A stretch of DNA of 21,701 bases from Thecamonas trahens ATCC 50062 (GCF_000142905.1 NW_013657671.1:428797-450497), one strand, 5' to 3'. Positions 8,432 through 16,650 are shown, counted from the stretch's first letter. The notes: generated from the sequence alone by a model not told the origin. A program made the numbers and translations.

Positions 8432-9245
8432 TTATGTCGAGGGCGACTGCTTGGCGTGCTTGTAGTAGGTCTTGTTGTAGCGCGGATTGGTTCGCATCAG
8501 GTGCTGGGCGAGCCAGTTGATGGGGTTGATGGGCTTGACGTTGGCCACGCCGGCGTTGCGCTTCTGGGCATTGGAGGCGAGTGCCTTGAGGAGGGCCTCG
8601 ACGGCAGCATCGAGAACCGGGTAGACGGACTCTTCAAGAAACTCGTCGTCGGTGTTTGTGCGCGGATTAACGGCGACGACAGGCATGATGTCCTTTTCGC
8701 GGAGGACGTTGATGGAAGGTCGGCGGGCGAGGCGGGACGAGAGCAGCTGCAGTCGCTGCCTTTTCTCCAACCGCTTCTGGGCCTCCAGATGCGAGGGCGA
8801 GAGCTTGTTGGCCGGCATGATGTTGGACTCTTGCAGCTTTTCCATGGACGGGCGCGTCCGAAACGTCCGCTTGAGGCGAGCCTGAATGCGTGATCGCACC
8901 AGAGCCTTCTGCCGCTCGAGCACTGCTGCCGACACGTCACCACGCTGCAGAATGTTTCTCGAGATAAGATCATCTCGTTTCATTCGGCGCACGAGTTTGT
9001 GTTCCAGCGCTGCGTGATGATGGTGACGGTGATGTGAGTGTGAGACGTCGCGCTCTGCCACACCGATCGCTTCTTCCTCTCTTTCTCTCCCTCTTCCCGC
9101 CCCCCTACCTGCCCTGCTCGTCTTGAAGCATTCCTTCCCATGACGTACCTTGTGAGATGGACGATAGCGCCACCGGATGGCCACCATCGTGTTCCTCCGA
9201 CTTTCCGCTGGACCCACTGCCCGAGTCCGAGTACGAGTACGAGCC

Positions 9246-9278
<33 letters not shown>

Positions 9279-9617
9279 TCCCGAGCCTCCCGAGCCCGAC
9301 CTAGACGAGCCTACATCCAAAGACCAAGACCAAAGAGGAGTGAGTGGCAATGTGTAGTATGGGTGTGGGTGTGTATCACGTGGGGAAATGGGTGTGGATG
9401 CTGGAGGCGCTTGTAGGGGAGGTGCCCTCGGCCGGTGGTGGGCAACGGACGCTCGCTGGCCCTGCCACCGCCGCCGCCATGGTCACCGCCATGGCCACCA
9501 CCACTGCCACCACCACCGCCACCACAACTGTCACCGCACTCAACGCACAGCGGGACATGGGAACTGTAGAAACATACCGCCTGAGCACATGCTGTCGGAG
9601 CTCGAGGTCCGTGACAT
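8432..9617 (-). CDS. Small RPEL-repeat plus Dpy-30-motif protein. The terminal exon 8432-9009 is well supported. Proposed upstream exons are 9149-9310 and 9578-9617, with introns 9010-9148 (GTACGT...CAG) and 9311-9577 (GTATGT...TAG).
   Basis: Terminal exon: three RPEL-like motifs, LEHKLVRRMKRDDLISRNILQ, LKRTFRTRPSMEKLQESNIMP and LARRPSINVLREKDIMP (consensus L..KL..RP....L....IL/MP). C-terminal Dpy-30 motif VYPVLDAAVEALLKALASNAQ...VKPINPINWLAQHLMRTNP. GC3-biased codons; TAA stop at 8432. Intron 1: GTACGT at 9148-9143, pyrimidine tract plus CAG at 9011, and the phase matches. Exon B is Gly/Ser-rich and has no ATG. Exon A starts at cgaccATGtca (9617) and ends in phase 1 before GTATGT (9577-9572), which matches the exon B acceptor. 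The alternative is a single-exon gene starting at ATG 8983 (MKRDDL...), which would truncate RPEL motif 1. Confidence 0.55.
9241..9298. repeat. (GAGCCC)n hexanucleotide repeat of about 8 units, preceded by (GAGTAC)2.
   Basis: gagccgcccgagcccgagcccgagcccgagcccgagcctcccgagcctcccgagcccgac. It reads as a GS-rich segment on the minus strand and a PE-rich segment on the plus strand. Confidence 0.85.
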
Positions 9618-9663
9618 GGTCGTCGTCCTGCCGCGAGCACCAGTGGCTCGGCGAGAGGTGTGC

Positions 9664-10410
9664 GCCGTCGATCCGCCTACTCTCGATCCATCGGCTCTCG
9701 ATGACCGGTCCGCCTACTCTCGATCCATCGGCTCTCGATGACCGGCCCACCTACTCTCGATCCATCGGCCGTCGATGACCGGTCCGCCTACTCTCGATCC
9801 ATCGGCTCTCGATGACCGGCCCGCCTACTCTCGATCCATCGGCTCTCGATGACCGGCCCGCCTACTCTCGATCCATCGGCCGTCGATGACCGGTCCGCCT
9901 ACTCTCGATCCATCGGCTCTCGATGACCGGCCCACCTACTCTCGATCCATCGGCCGTCGATGACCGGTCCGCCTACTCTCGATCCATCGGCTCTCGATGA
10001 CCGGCCCGCCTACTCTCGATCCATCGGCCGTCGATGACCGGTCCGCCTACTCTCGATCCATCGACTCTCGATGACCAGCCCGCCTACTCTCGATCCATCG
10101 ACTCTCGATGACCGGTCCGCCTACTCTCGATCCATCGGCTCTCGATGACCGGCCCGCCTACTCTCGATCCATCGGCCGTCGATGACCGGCCCGCCTACTC
10201 TCGATCCATCGGCTCTCGATGACCGGCCCGCCTACTCTGGATCCATCGGCTCTCGATGACCGGCCCGCCTACTCTCGATCCATCGGCTCTCGATGACCGG
10301 CCCGCCTACTCTGGATCCATCGGCTCTCGATGACCAGCCCGCCTACTCTCGATCCATCGGCTCTCGATGACCGGTCCGCCTACTCTCGATCCATCGGCCG
10401 TCGATGACGG
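9664..10410. repeat. Minisatellite of a 37-bp unit in about 20 tandem copies: cgcctactctcgatccatcggctctcgatgaccggyc. Variants pair ctct with ccgt and ggcc with ggtc, and some copies carry a ctggatcc or accagcc variant.
   Basis: Unit starts recur every 37 nt from 9674 to 10377. The unit contains an internal ~18-bp half-repeat (tctcgatCCATCGGc / tctcgatGACCGGc). A 37-bp period is not a multiple of 3, so it is non-coding. It lies in the divergent region between the RPEL/Dpy-30 gene and the HPt gene. Confidence 0.95.
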
Positions 10411-10775
10411 CATCGGCATCGACCATGCCAAAAGCAGACACAAAGGGTATACGACGGCGCACAAATGGCAGTATCGGCATCGTTCGATGCAGGCCGACGG
10501 CAAGCGGCAAGACAGGCGAGCGGAAGCAATTGGGACACACCATGAGCAATAACAGTTTCGGGGGGAGCAAAGCCAACCAAAAGGCGAACCCAATTTGTGC
10601 CGCACCCTCTCACACCCGCCACCTACCCACACACCACCTTGACAAGTCTTCTGTGACCACCTCACCTCTCCATACGGTTCCACACCCCAAGTGTTTCACT
10701 GACACATATATACATACATACAGCCGTTTACATACTCTGAATCTGGCGAGTGTTGCAGAGTCCGTCCCACACTTA

Positions 10776-10795
10776 CTCTCTCTCTCTTTGGTCTG

Positions 10796-10836
<41 letters not shown>

Positions 10837-10850
10837 CACACACACACACC
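10776..10850. repeat. Compound microsatellite (CT)6...(CT)17 cg (CA)7, about 20-95 bp upstream of the HPt gene ATG.
   Basis: ctctctctctctttggtctgtccctctctctctctctctctctctctctctctctcgcacacacacacacac. Confidence 0.95.
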
Positions 10851-10870
10851 TGTTGTGGCCCACCATCATC

Positions 10871-12437
10871 ATGTCGGTCGCGTTTGAGGTCGAGTCCATG
10901 TTGGCTCTCTTCGGCTCACAGACAGGAAAACGTACGTTGTGGTGAGGATTGTGCGGTCATGGACAGAACTCCGCTGGTACTTGGGCACTCACGTACACAC
11001 GCACCACTTGCACGGGATACTCACAACCGCAATTACCCTCACACACGCCTGCGCACACACACGCCCTGATGAACATGATCGATGTGGCGCCGAGCGATGA
11101 TAGTGGTGCATCTGCTGGTTCAGTTTGTCAACAATTCGGACAGATACCTCGCTGATTGCGAGACTAGCATCGCGGTAGATACACCCGAGGCGCTCAAAGC
11201 CTTTCGTGCGGCGGCGCATACACTCAAGGGATCAGCTGGGACTGTTAAGGCTACTCGCCTCTATCCGCTTGTTCTGTGTCTGTCGGATGTTGCAAAGCAC
11301 TCGCCATTCCCTCAGCCGCCGGTTGTGGTGGAGCTCCTCCGCCAAGCCCGCGCCGAGCATCATCGCCTCAAGGCCTACGCTGCCTGCCTGGAAGCTGCAT
11401 CATCTCCGGACTTTGACGCTTCCAACGAGGCTGCCAAGGCGGCGACGCTGTTGGCCCCGGTTTCTAGTGCTGCTATGGCTCGCCCGAGCAAGACCAAGGC
11501 CAAGCTCAACGAGCTCATCACTGTTCTCGAGGGGACCAAGGAGGTCGGTGACGTCATTAATGTCGTCGAACGCATCGGTCGCGAGCTCGACGCTCCGTTC
11601 ATCACCGTCATTCCCGAGGCCTACCGCTCGATCACGAGCATGGCTATGGAAAAGTCGCGCATGGCCTTTGACACCATGCACCGCGGCTTGCTCGACGAGG
11701 CTGCCGCCGCCCTCGAGTACATCGACGCTGGCGGCTTTGGCGTAGGCACGTCGACCGCCCACAGTGCTTCGTCGTCGACCTCGTCGGACTCGCCCTCGTA
11801 CTCGTACTCGTACTCGTACTCGTCCGACGCGCGGGCCAAGGCCAAAGCCCGCAAAAAGGCAAAGGAAAAGGCCAAGGCCAAGGAGAAGGCCAAGAAAGCG
11901 GCAAAGGACAAGGCAAAGGCAAAGGCAAAGGCAGAAGCCAAGAGCAAGGCCAAGAGCAAGGCCAAGAGCAAGGCCAAGAGCAAGGCAAAGTCAAAGGACA
12001 AGGCCAGGGCCAAGGACAAGACAAAGAGCAAGGGTCGCGATGCGCCTGATGGAGTCGCTGGCGCCAGTACTGGTACAACTGCTAGTGCTGTCGACTCGGC
12101 GGAACTCGACTACGACGAGGTTGTGGCGCGGTTTGGCGGCTCGGCCGAGTTTGCCAACGAACTGCTTGGAGAGTGGATCAAGTCACATGCCAGCGGCATC
12201 AGCGGCCTCGCTGAGGCTCTAGCCAGCGACGATGTGGCCGCCATCAAGAGCATCGCGATTGCCATCGAGGGCGAGGTCTCGATGCTCTCAATGCCGGTTC
12301 TGGCCAAGGCGGCGCAGACCGTGAGGAATGCGTGCGAGTCAGGCGAGATTGATGCCATCCGCCGGTGCTGCAACGATTTCAATGAGACCTTTACTGCAGT
12401 CGCTGCCGCCCTTGCCGCGCGCGGTATCACTCCTTGA
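10871..12437 (+). CDS. Histidine-phosphotransfer (HPt, Ypd1-like) domain protein carrying a second, His-less HPt-like domain and a Lys/Ala-rich linker. Long ORF 11082-12437; proposed 5' exon 10871-10931 with intron 10932-11103.
   Basis: HPt signature AAAHTLKGSAGTVKATRL (H.LKGS..G), with the His codon cat at 11217-11219, preceded by LVQFVNNSDRYLADCE (cf. Ypd1 LIIQFIDQAQTTFAQMQ). C-terminal residues ~330-451, FGGSAEFANELLGEWIKS...DDVAAIKSIAIAIEGEVSMLSM..., match the HPt helix layout but have Ala/Ile where the His would be. Proposed exon 1: catcatcATGTCG... encoding MSVAFEVESMLALFGSQTGK, ending in phase 1 before GTACGT (10932-10937). Branch CTGAT at ~11065; acceptor gatag|tg at 11103. Splicing yields ...GSQTGKLVHLLVQFVNN, which resembles the Ypd1 helix A/B segment (FSKGLIIQFIDQA). 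TGA stop at 12435-12437. Confidence 0.7.
11796..12012 (+). repeat. Coding low-complexity repeats inside the HPt gene: (TCGTAC)4, encoding SYSYSYSYS, then a Lys/Ala-rich region that includes a 12-bp repeat (gccaagagcaag) of 4-5 copies at 11937-11996.
   Basis: tcgtactcgtactcgtactcgtactcg at 11796-11822. The AKAKARKKAKEKAKAKEK...AKSKAKSKAKSKAKSKAKSKDKARAKDK segment comes from aaggc[c/a]aag variants. Confidence 0.85.
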
Positions 12438-13743
12438 GCCGCGTCGGCGGCGCATCGCGATCGCAGGTGCCGTGACCGGTATCCGCCGAGTGCTCGTCGT
12501 CATCGTCGTCCAGGTCCGACGTCGACTCGGAGTGCCACCAGGCGTCTGGTTCACCGTCTGCCTTGCCACTGGCACCGCCGTCTGCGTCGCTCATGTGCTC
12601 CACGGGCGCATGGTTGTGGCGGCGGATGCGTCGCCGCGGCGCGCTGTGCGATTGGTGCTTGCGCCGATGCCGTCGCCGCCGCCGCCGGTGATGCCGGGTG
12701 TGAACCGCGTCGTGGCTCTGCTCGCCGTCAAACACGTCATCGACACTCGTCACTGCCGCCCACTTGGCCCGAAGCGCGGTAAAATCCACAGACCGTGTGT
12801 CTTCAGGCCCGAGCGAGATGTTGGCCTTGACGGATTCCTTCCGTCGTCCGCCCGGCGACGCCGATGAGTGCTGCGACCGGAGTCGGGTGATAGACCGCTT
12901 CTTGCCGGCCAGTGGCGACGAACGAGTCGGGACATGCTTGGCTGCATTCAACGCGGCCGCGACTGCGCCAGCTTCTGGTAGTGCCTCTGAACCGGCCGTC
13001 GAGCTTGCGCCGACATCGTTCGAGGCGTGTGCGGGCGATGCGCCGACCGACGCAGCAGCAGCCGCAAGTGCCGCTTGGGCTCGCTTGGCCGACGCGTCTG
13101 CGAGCGAGGTCCGGATGGCCATCGACGACGAGCGATGCTTCAGCTGGCGGAGGCGGATTGGCGACTGCGACGAGAGCGGTGCGGCCGAAAGCGATTTGGG
13201 CGTCAGCGGCTCAGGCGGCTCGTCGTCAGAGCCGGCCACCGCCGCCGCAGTCTCGGACGAGTCGAGCACCGAGCGCAGCTCGTAGACTGCGTACGTCGAG
13301 TTGAGGTGCGAGGGGAAGAAGAGGTCACTGGCAGCCGGGCAGGTGAACGGGGCCGGCACGTCAAGTAAGTGGATCTCGATGGGTGTGCCGTTGAGCGCCG
13401 AGTACACAACGGTAAACGCAGGGAAGGAGACAATGATGAACGGGTACGAGAGTGCAAAGTGCATTGGCGTCGATCGCCAGTGCATGGTGTGCCGGGCGGC
13501 GGCGAGGCTTGCCGGCGACGTCCGCAGCGAGGCGTCAACGGCCCACGGCAGAATCTCGCCATGACTCTCGTAGCATACCAGCCAGGCGCCAGGGAGCTCG
13601 TAAGCAGCGAGCGGTGGGTGTCCGGATGGCGAGGCGGCGACAGTGTGGAGACCCCAGAGCTGGTGTCGATGAGCACTAGCGCAGCTGCGCCCTCGGGCGC
13701 AAGAATGCCGACAAGGATGCCAACCGAGGTGAGCGAAAGGCAT
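12427..13743 (-). CDS. ORF of unknown function. It is either a separate small gene, likely starting near the Met codons at ~13440, or a 3' continuation of the upstream RapGAP gene. The C-terminus is His/Arg/Asp-rich.
   Basis: The stretch MHWRSTPMHFALSYPFIIVSFPAFTVVYSALNGTPIEIHLLDVPAPFTCP...YAVYELRSVLD has strong GC3 bias and a hydrophobic N-segment. The tail HTRHHRRRRRRHRRKHQSH...DLDDDDDEH is low-complexity. The first ~60 codons of the listed ORF overlap the end of the RapGAP ORF in another frame, have weak GC3 bias and are probably non-coding. No homolog recognised. Confidence 0.35.
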   Translation of the reverse strand: MPFAHLGWHPCRHSCARGRSCASAHRHQLWGLHTVAASPSGHPPLAAYELPGAWLVCYESHGEILPWAVDASLRTSPASLAAARHTMHWRSTPMHFALSYPFIIVSFPAFTVVYSALNGTPIEIHLLDVPAPFTCPAASDLFFPSHLNSTYAVYELRSVLDSSETAAAVAGSDDEPPEPLTPKSLSAAPLSSQSPIRLRQLKHRSSSMAIRTSLADASAKRAQAALAAAAASVGASPAHASNDVGASSTAGSEALPEAGAVAAALNAAKHVPTRSSPLAGKKRSITRLRSQHSSASPGGRRKESVKANISLGPEDTRSVDFTALRAKWAAVTSVDDVFDGEQSHDAVHTRHHRRRRRRHRRKHQSHSAPRRRIRRHNHAPVEHMSDADGGASGKADGEPDAWWHSESTSDLDDDDDEHSADTGHGTCDRDAPPTRLKE

Positions 13744-16366
13744 GTGATGCGGCCAGGCATCTGGACAGGCTCGATGTGTGGGACAAAGGCAGGGCCCGAC
13801 TCGAAGCCGCCTGCGTCGTGGGTGAGGACGTGGACTGCGTACCGCGACGCGACAACCAGGACTGGCGCGCCGTCAAGCTCGCCGGCTTCGAAAAAGCCGG
13901 GTTGGCGACCGGCACAAAGGCGACGCTTGGCCGGCCGCCACTCAGCAGCGGCTCAAGCGCCACCGCAAACATGGCCTGTTGACCCGATGCCGACGTCGTT
14001 GCCGCAAGAAGCGCGTTGGCGGACGCGCACACTGCAATGGACACTAAGCCGGGCATGTTGAGCACAAGCTTGCAGTCTGGATGACCGCGGGTGTTGGAGA
14101 AGAGCGCCTGCGGCGTGGCAAGAAACAGCGTCTCGCCGAGGGTGTCCATCGACGTGATGGCGTAGGGAAACGAGTCTAGGAGCGGGTCAATGGAGAAGAC
14201 CTGTGACGGCTCGACTTTGAGCGCGGCGCGGAGGAGCGGAACCGAGGCGTCCGAGACGGAGGTCCGGCGCGCGCTGGTGGCGTCCGCCTCGGTGCTGCTT
14301 AGCCACGGCATGTGCATGAGCGAGAGCCGGATGCTGTCGAGGGCGGCCAGCCAGCTTGTTGACTCGGGTGGCGGCGACTTGGTTGTCAGCTTGGACAGCT
14401 TGCGGCGCTTCTTGTCGGCAGTCGGGAGTGCGGCAAGATCGTCGAGGAGCGCGTCAATGAGCATGGCGCGGGTACGCAGCGCGCGCGCCTTGAACTCGGG
14501 CGAGCGGAGCGTGGCACGCTGCCCATTGAGGCACTTGGCGAGGATGTGGGTGCGGAGCGCCGAGGCGGGAAGAGGCGTCGGTGGCGTGAGCGGGCCAAAA
14601 GCGCGAGTGTCGGCCGCATGGGCAATGCCGACCAAGTAGTGCGGCTCAGACGAAGAAAGCACGGCGCTCGGTGGCACTGGAGAGACAACGACCAGCGTCC
14701 GAGTATACTTGGACGCCATGGTGGAGGCCAGGTACGGCGAGGTCATGGGCGCGTCCATAAAGACGATGACAACAATGTCGTTGCCAATGAACCGCTTGCG
14801 CTGGATGTGCTGCTCGTCGTTGGCATCCCAGTGAAGGAGGGTCGAGACGTGGAACATGACGTCGTGGTCGGCAAACGAGGTTGTGACAGAGTGGGTGCCC
14901 GAGCCGTCGCAAGCCGTGTCAAGCTGAGCCGAGTAGCCATCGTAGCCTTTGAGCCTCACCCGCGAGCCAAGGAGTTCGAGAAAGGCGTCAAAGGCAAGCG
15001 AACCATCCTTGTTGCCGAACATCTCCAGTTCGTTGACTTGACCTGGTGCAGCGTAGAGGACGCCGATCTTGAGTGTCTTGGCGGTTTCGGGCTCCTCGAG
15101 ACGGCGGACGGCGGCGATAAGCCGAGGTGGCGGCTGGGCGTTTGCAGACGGCACCAGGCTCCACAGCCGTGAAACAGCCTTGGGCGATGAAACCGAGGCT
15201 GGTGGGAGGATCGCAGGCGCGAGCGCAGTAAGGACAACAGCAAAGTCAAGTCGCGACGATGCGTGGAGCACAAAGTAGTACGCGCGACGCGCAGTCTTGG
15301 TGAAGACTGCAAGCCAGTGCTGAATACCAGCATGTGAGGCTTTGGTGAGCGCAAGCGCCGCCACCGCGCCAAGGTCCGGCGCTGTATAGAGAGTATGCGG
15401 CATGTCCGAGAGCAGCGCAGTGTACCACGCCGAGCATGCGGGATCGTCCTCGATCCACGGCCCGGCGGCCTCCACTGGGAACGCGGATGCGTCCGAGACC
15501 GAGAACGGCTGCTCCACGTGCCAGCCTGGTGCTTCAGCTACTGGCCAGGGTGGTGAGGCGATGGCGGCGGCGCGGGTGGCGGCGCGCGCGTCGAGCGCTG
15601 CTGCCAGTGATGGTGACGGCACTTTGGCGTGGCTCGCGTCGGCTATCCGGACCAAAAGCTCCAGAAAGCCTGCTTGCGGTGGCGCCATCGCCAGCCGATG
15701 CAGGACGTAGCCGGCGTAGTCGGGCGAGGCGGCATTGAGATCGACGGTCGTCCTGCCGATGACCGAGTCGCGCGCCATCCGGTGTGCAGCATAGAGCTCA
15801 AGAGTGACCGACACCTCATCGTCTGAGCAGCTTCCCTGGTTTCCGCTGCGGCTCTCAAGAGGAAGAACAAGCATGGCGTGCCAGGCAGTGTCCAGCGGTG
15901 CCGAGTGGGTTGTAGCCGAGACCGGCGGCTCGGCCTCGCCAACACGCTTCCCGGCTACCGCCGCCCGGACATAGGTCCGTGACTTTGCCCGACCAACAAG
16001 GGCGTCGTCGGCCTTAGCCACACGCAAGACATACAGACACAAATAGCGAGGGGGAGTAGCAGGAGAGGAAGAGGACATAGCCAGTGGAGCTAGATGGGTA
16101 CAGGCACCGCCGCCCAAGGCCGATGGATACAGAGCTTTGCAAGCCAGTTCGTTGAGCGCACACTCTCCGCCACCCGCTTGGGACGCATCACCAGGTCCAA
16201 GAGCAGCTGTTGCTGTTGCTGATGAGGATGTTGTTGTTGTTGCTGCTGCTGTTGTTGTTGGTACTGCTGCTGCTGTTGTTGTGCCTCTCCCAGAGTTGGT
16301 ACCAGATTCGGACCGAGGGTGGCACGGCGTGCCTGTGTCCGACCCGTTGCTTCCGCCTCTCTCCAT
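13676..16366 (-). CDS. Rap/Ran-GAP domain protein with a Rap1GAP/tuberin-type catalytic domain; 896-codon ORF with a true ATG at 16366.
   Basis: The RapGAP core KIGVLYAAPGQVNELEMFGNKDGSLAFDAFLELLGSRVRLKGYDGYSAQLDTACDGSGTHSVTTSFADHDVMFHVSTLLHWDANDEQHIQRKRFIGNDIVVIVFMD aligns with tuberin/Rap1GAP (VGIVYV.AGQ..E.EIL.N..GS..F.EFL..LG....L......GGLD....DG....Y....IMFHV.T.MP...........KKRH.GNDFV.IV). The following helix LPASALRTHILAKCLNGQ is a candidate Asn-thumb. The N-terminus has a Thr/Ala-rich triplet-repeat region. The last ~55 codons before the stop (after a GTACGC at ~13842) lose GC3 bias, so the true 3' end may be earlier or spliced. Confidence 0.8.
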   Translation of the reverse strand: MERGGSNGSDTGTPCHPRSESGTNSGRGTTTAAAVPTTTAAATTTTSSSATATAALGPGDASQAGGGECALNELACKALYPSALGGGACTHLAPLAMSSSSPATPPRYLCLYVLRVAKADDALVGRAKSRTYVRAAVAGKRVGEAEPPVSATTHSAPLDTAWHAMLVLPLESRSGNQGSCSDDEVSVTLELYAAHRMARDSVIGRTTVDLNAASPDYAGYVLHRLAMAPPQAGFLELLVRIADASHAKVPSPSLAAALDARAATRAAAIASPPWPVAEAPGWHVEQPFSVSDASAFPVEAAGPWIEDDPACSAWYTALLSDMPHTLYTAPDLGAVAALALTKASHAGIQHWLAVFTKTARRAYYFVLHASSRLDFAVVLTALAPAILPPASVSSPKAVSRLWSLVPSANAQPPPRLIAAVRRLEEPETAKTLKIGVLYAAPGQVNELEMFGNKDGSLAFDAFLELLGSRVRLKGYDGYSAQLDTACDGSGTHSVTTSFADHDVMFHVSTLLHWDANDEQHIQRKRFIGNDIVVIVFMDAPMTSPYLASTMASKYTRTLVVVSPVPPSAVLSSSEPHYLVGIAHAADTRAFGPLTPPTPLPASALRTHILAKCLNGQRATLRSPEFKARALRTRAMLIDALLDDLAALPTADKKRRKLSKLTTKSPPPESTSWLAALDSIRLSLMHMPWLSSTEADATSARRTSVSDASVPLLRAALKVEPSQVFSIDPLLDSFPYAITSMDTLGETLFLATPQALFSNTRGHPDCKLVLNMPGLVSIAVCASANALLAATTSASGQQAMFAVALEPLLSGGRPSVAFVPVANPAFSKPASLTARQSWLSRRGTQSTSSPTTQAASSRALPLSHTSSLSRCLAASHAFRSPRLASLSAFLRPRAQLR
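16195..16300. repeat. Imperfect (GTT/GCT)n trinucleotide repeat on +, which is (AAC/AGC/ACA) on the sense strand. It encodes the Thr/Ala/Ser-rich N-terminal region of the RapGAP protein.
   Basis: gctgttgctgttgctgatgaggatgttgttgttgttgctgctgctgttgttgttggtactgctgctgctgttgttgtg, encoding TTTAAAVPTTTAAATTTTSSSATATAA. Confidence 0.8.
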
Positions 16367-16398
16367 GACGAGGGAATGAGGAGGGAATGCGGAGGACA

Positions 16399-16409
16399 GG
16401 GGGGGGGGG
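16399..16409. repeat. G11 homopolymer about 33 bp upstream of the RapGAP ATG (poly-C in the sense 5'UTR).
   Basis: Direct reading: acagggggggggggtgaact. Confidence 0.9.
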
Positions 16410-16650
16410 TGAACTGGAGTGTTGCTACCTCTGCTGCTCTGCTGCAGCTTGACCTGTTGTTGGGAGTGGCGGTGGCGACAACACTGCGCTGTTCACTCGT
16501 GTTGAGTGTTGCAAGAAAATGGCAACTGGAGTGATGGCGAGCATGACGGTGAACATGATGGTGATGGGCGGTAACGGGGAGGGAATCGGTAGGGGATGCT
16601 ATGGTATGGAGGAGTTTTGTAAGACTGAACGAGGGCGCGAATGGCGCGGA

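Noticed and set aside
9664-10410. The regular ~37-bp direct repeats could look like a CRISPR array at first glance.
   Set aside because: The units are contiguous with no unique spacers, and every unit is the same sequence with minor variants. The surrounding genes are eukaryotic, with spliceosomal introns and EF-hand, CH and RapGAP domains. It is a eukaryotic minisatellite.
12764-13368. Plus-strand ORFs (12764-13285, 12912-13304, 13027-13368) antisense to the 438-codon minus-strand ORF.
   Set aside because: They have Ala/Ser/Arg low-complexity and alternative start codons. The minus strand shows the stronger third-position GC bias and hydrophobic segment structure.
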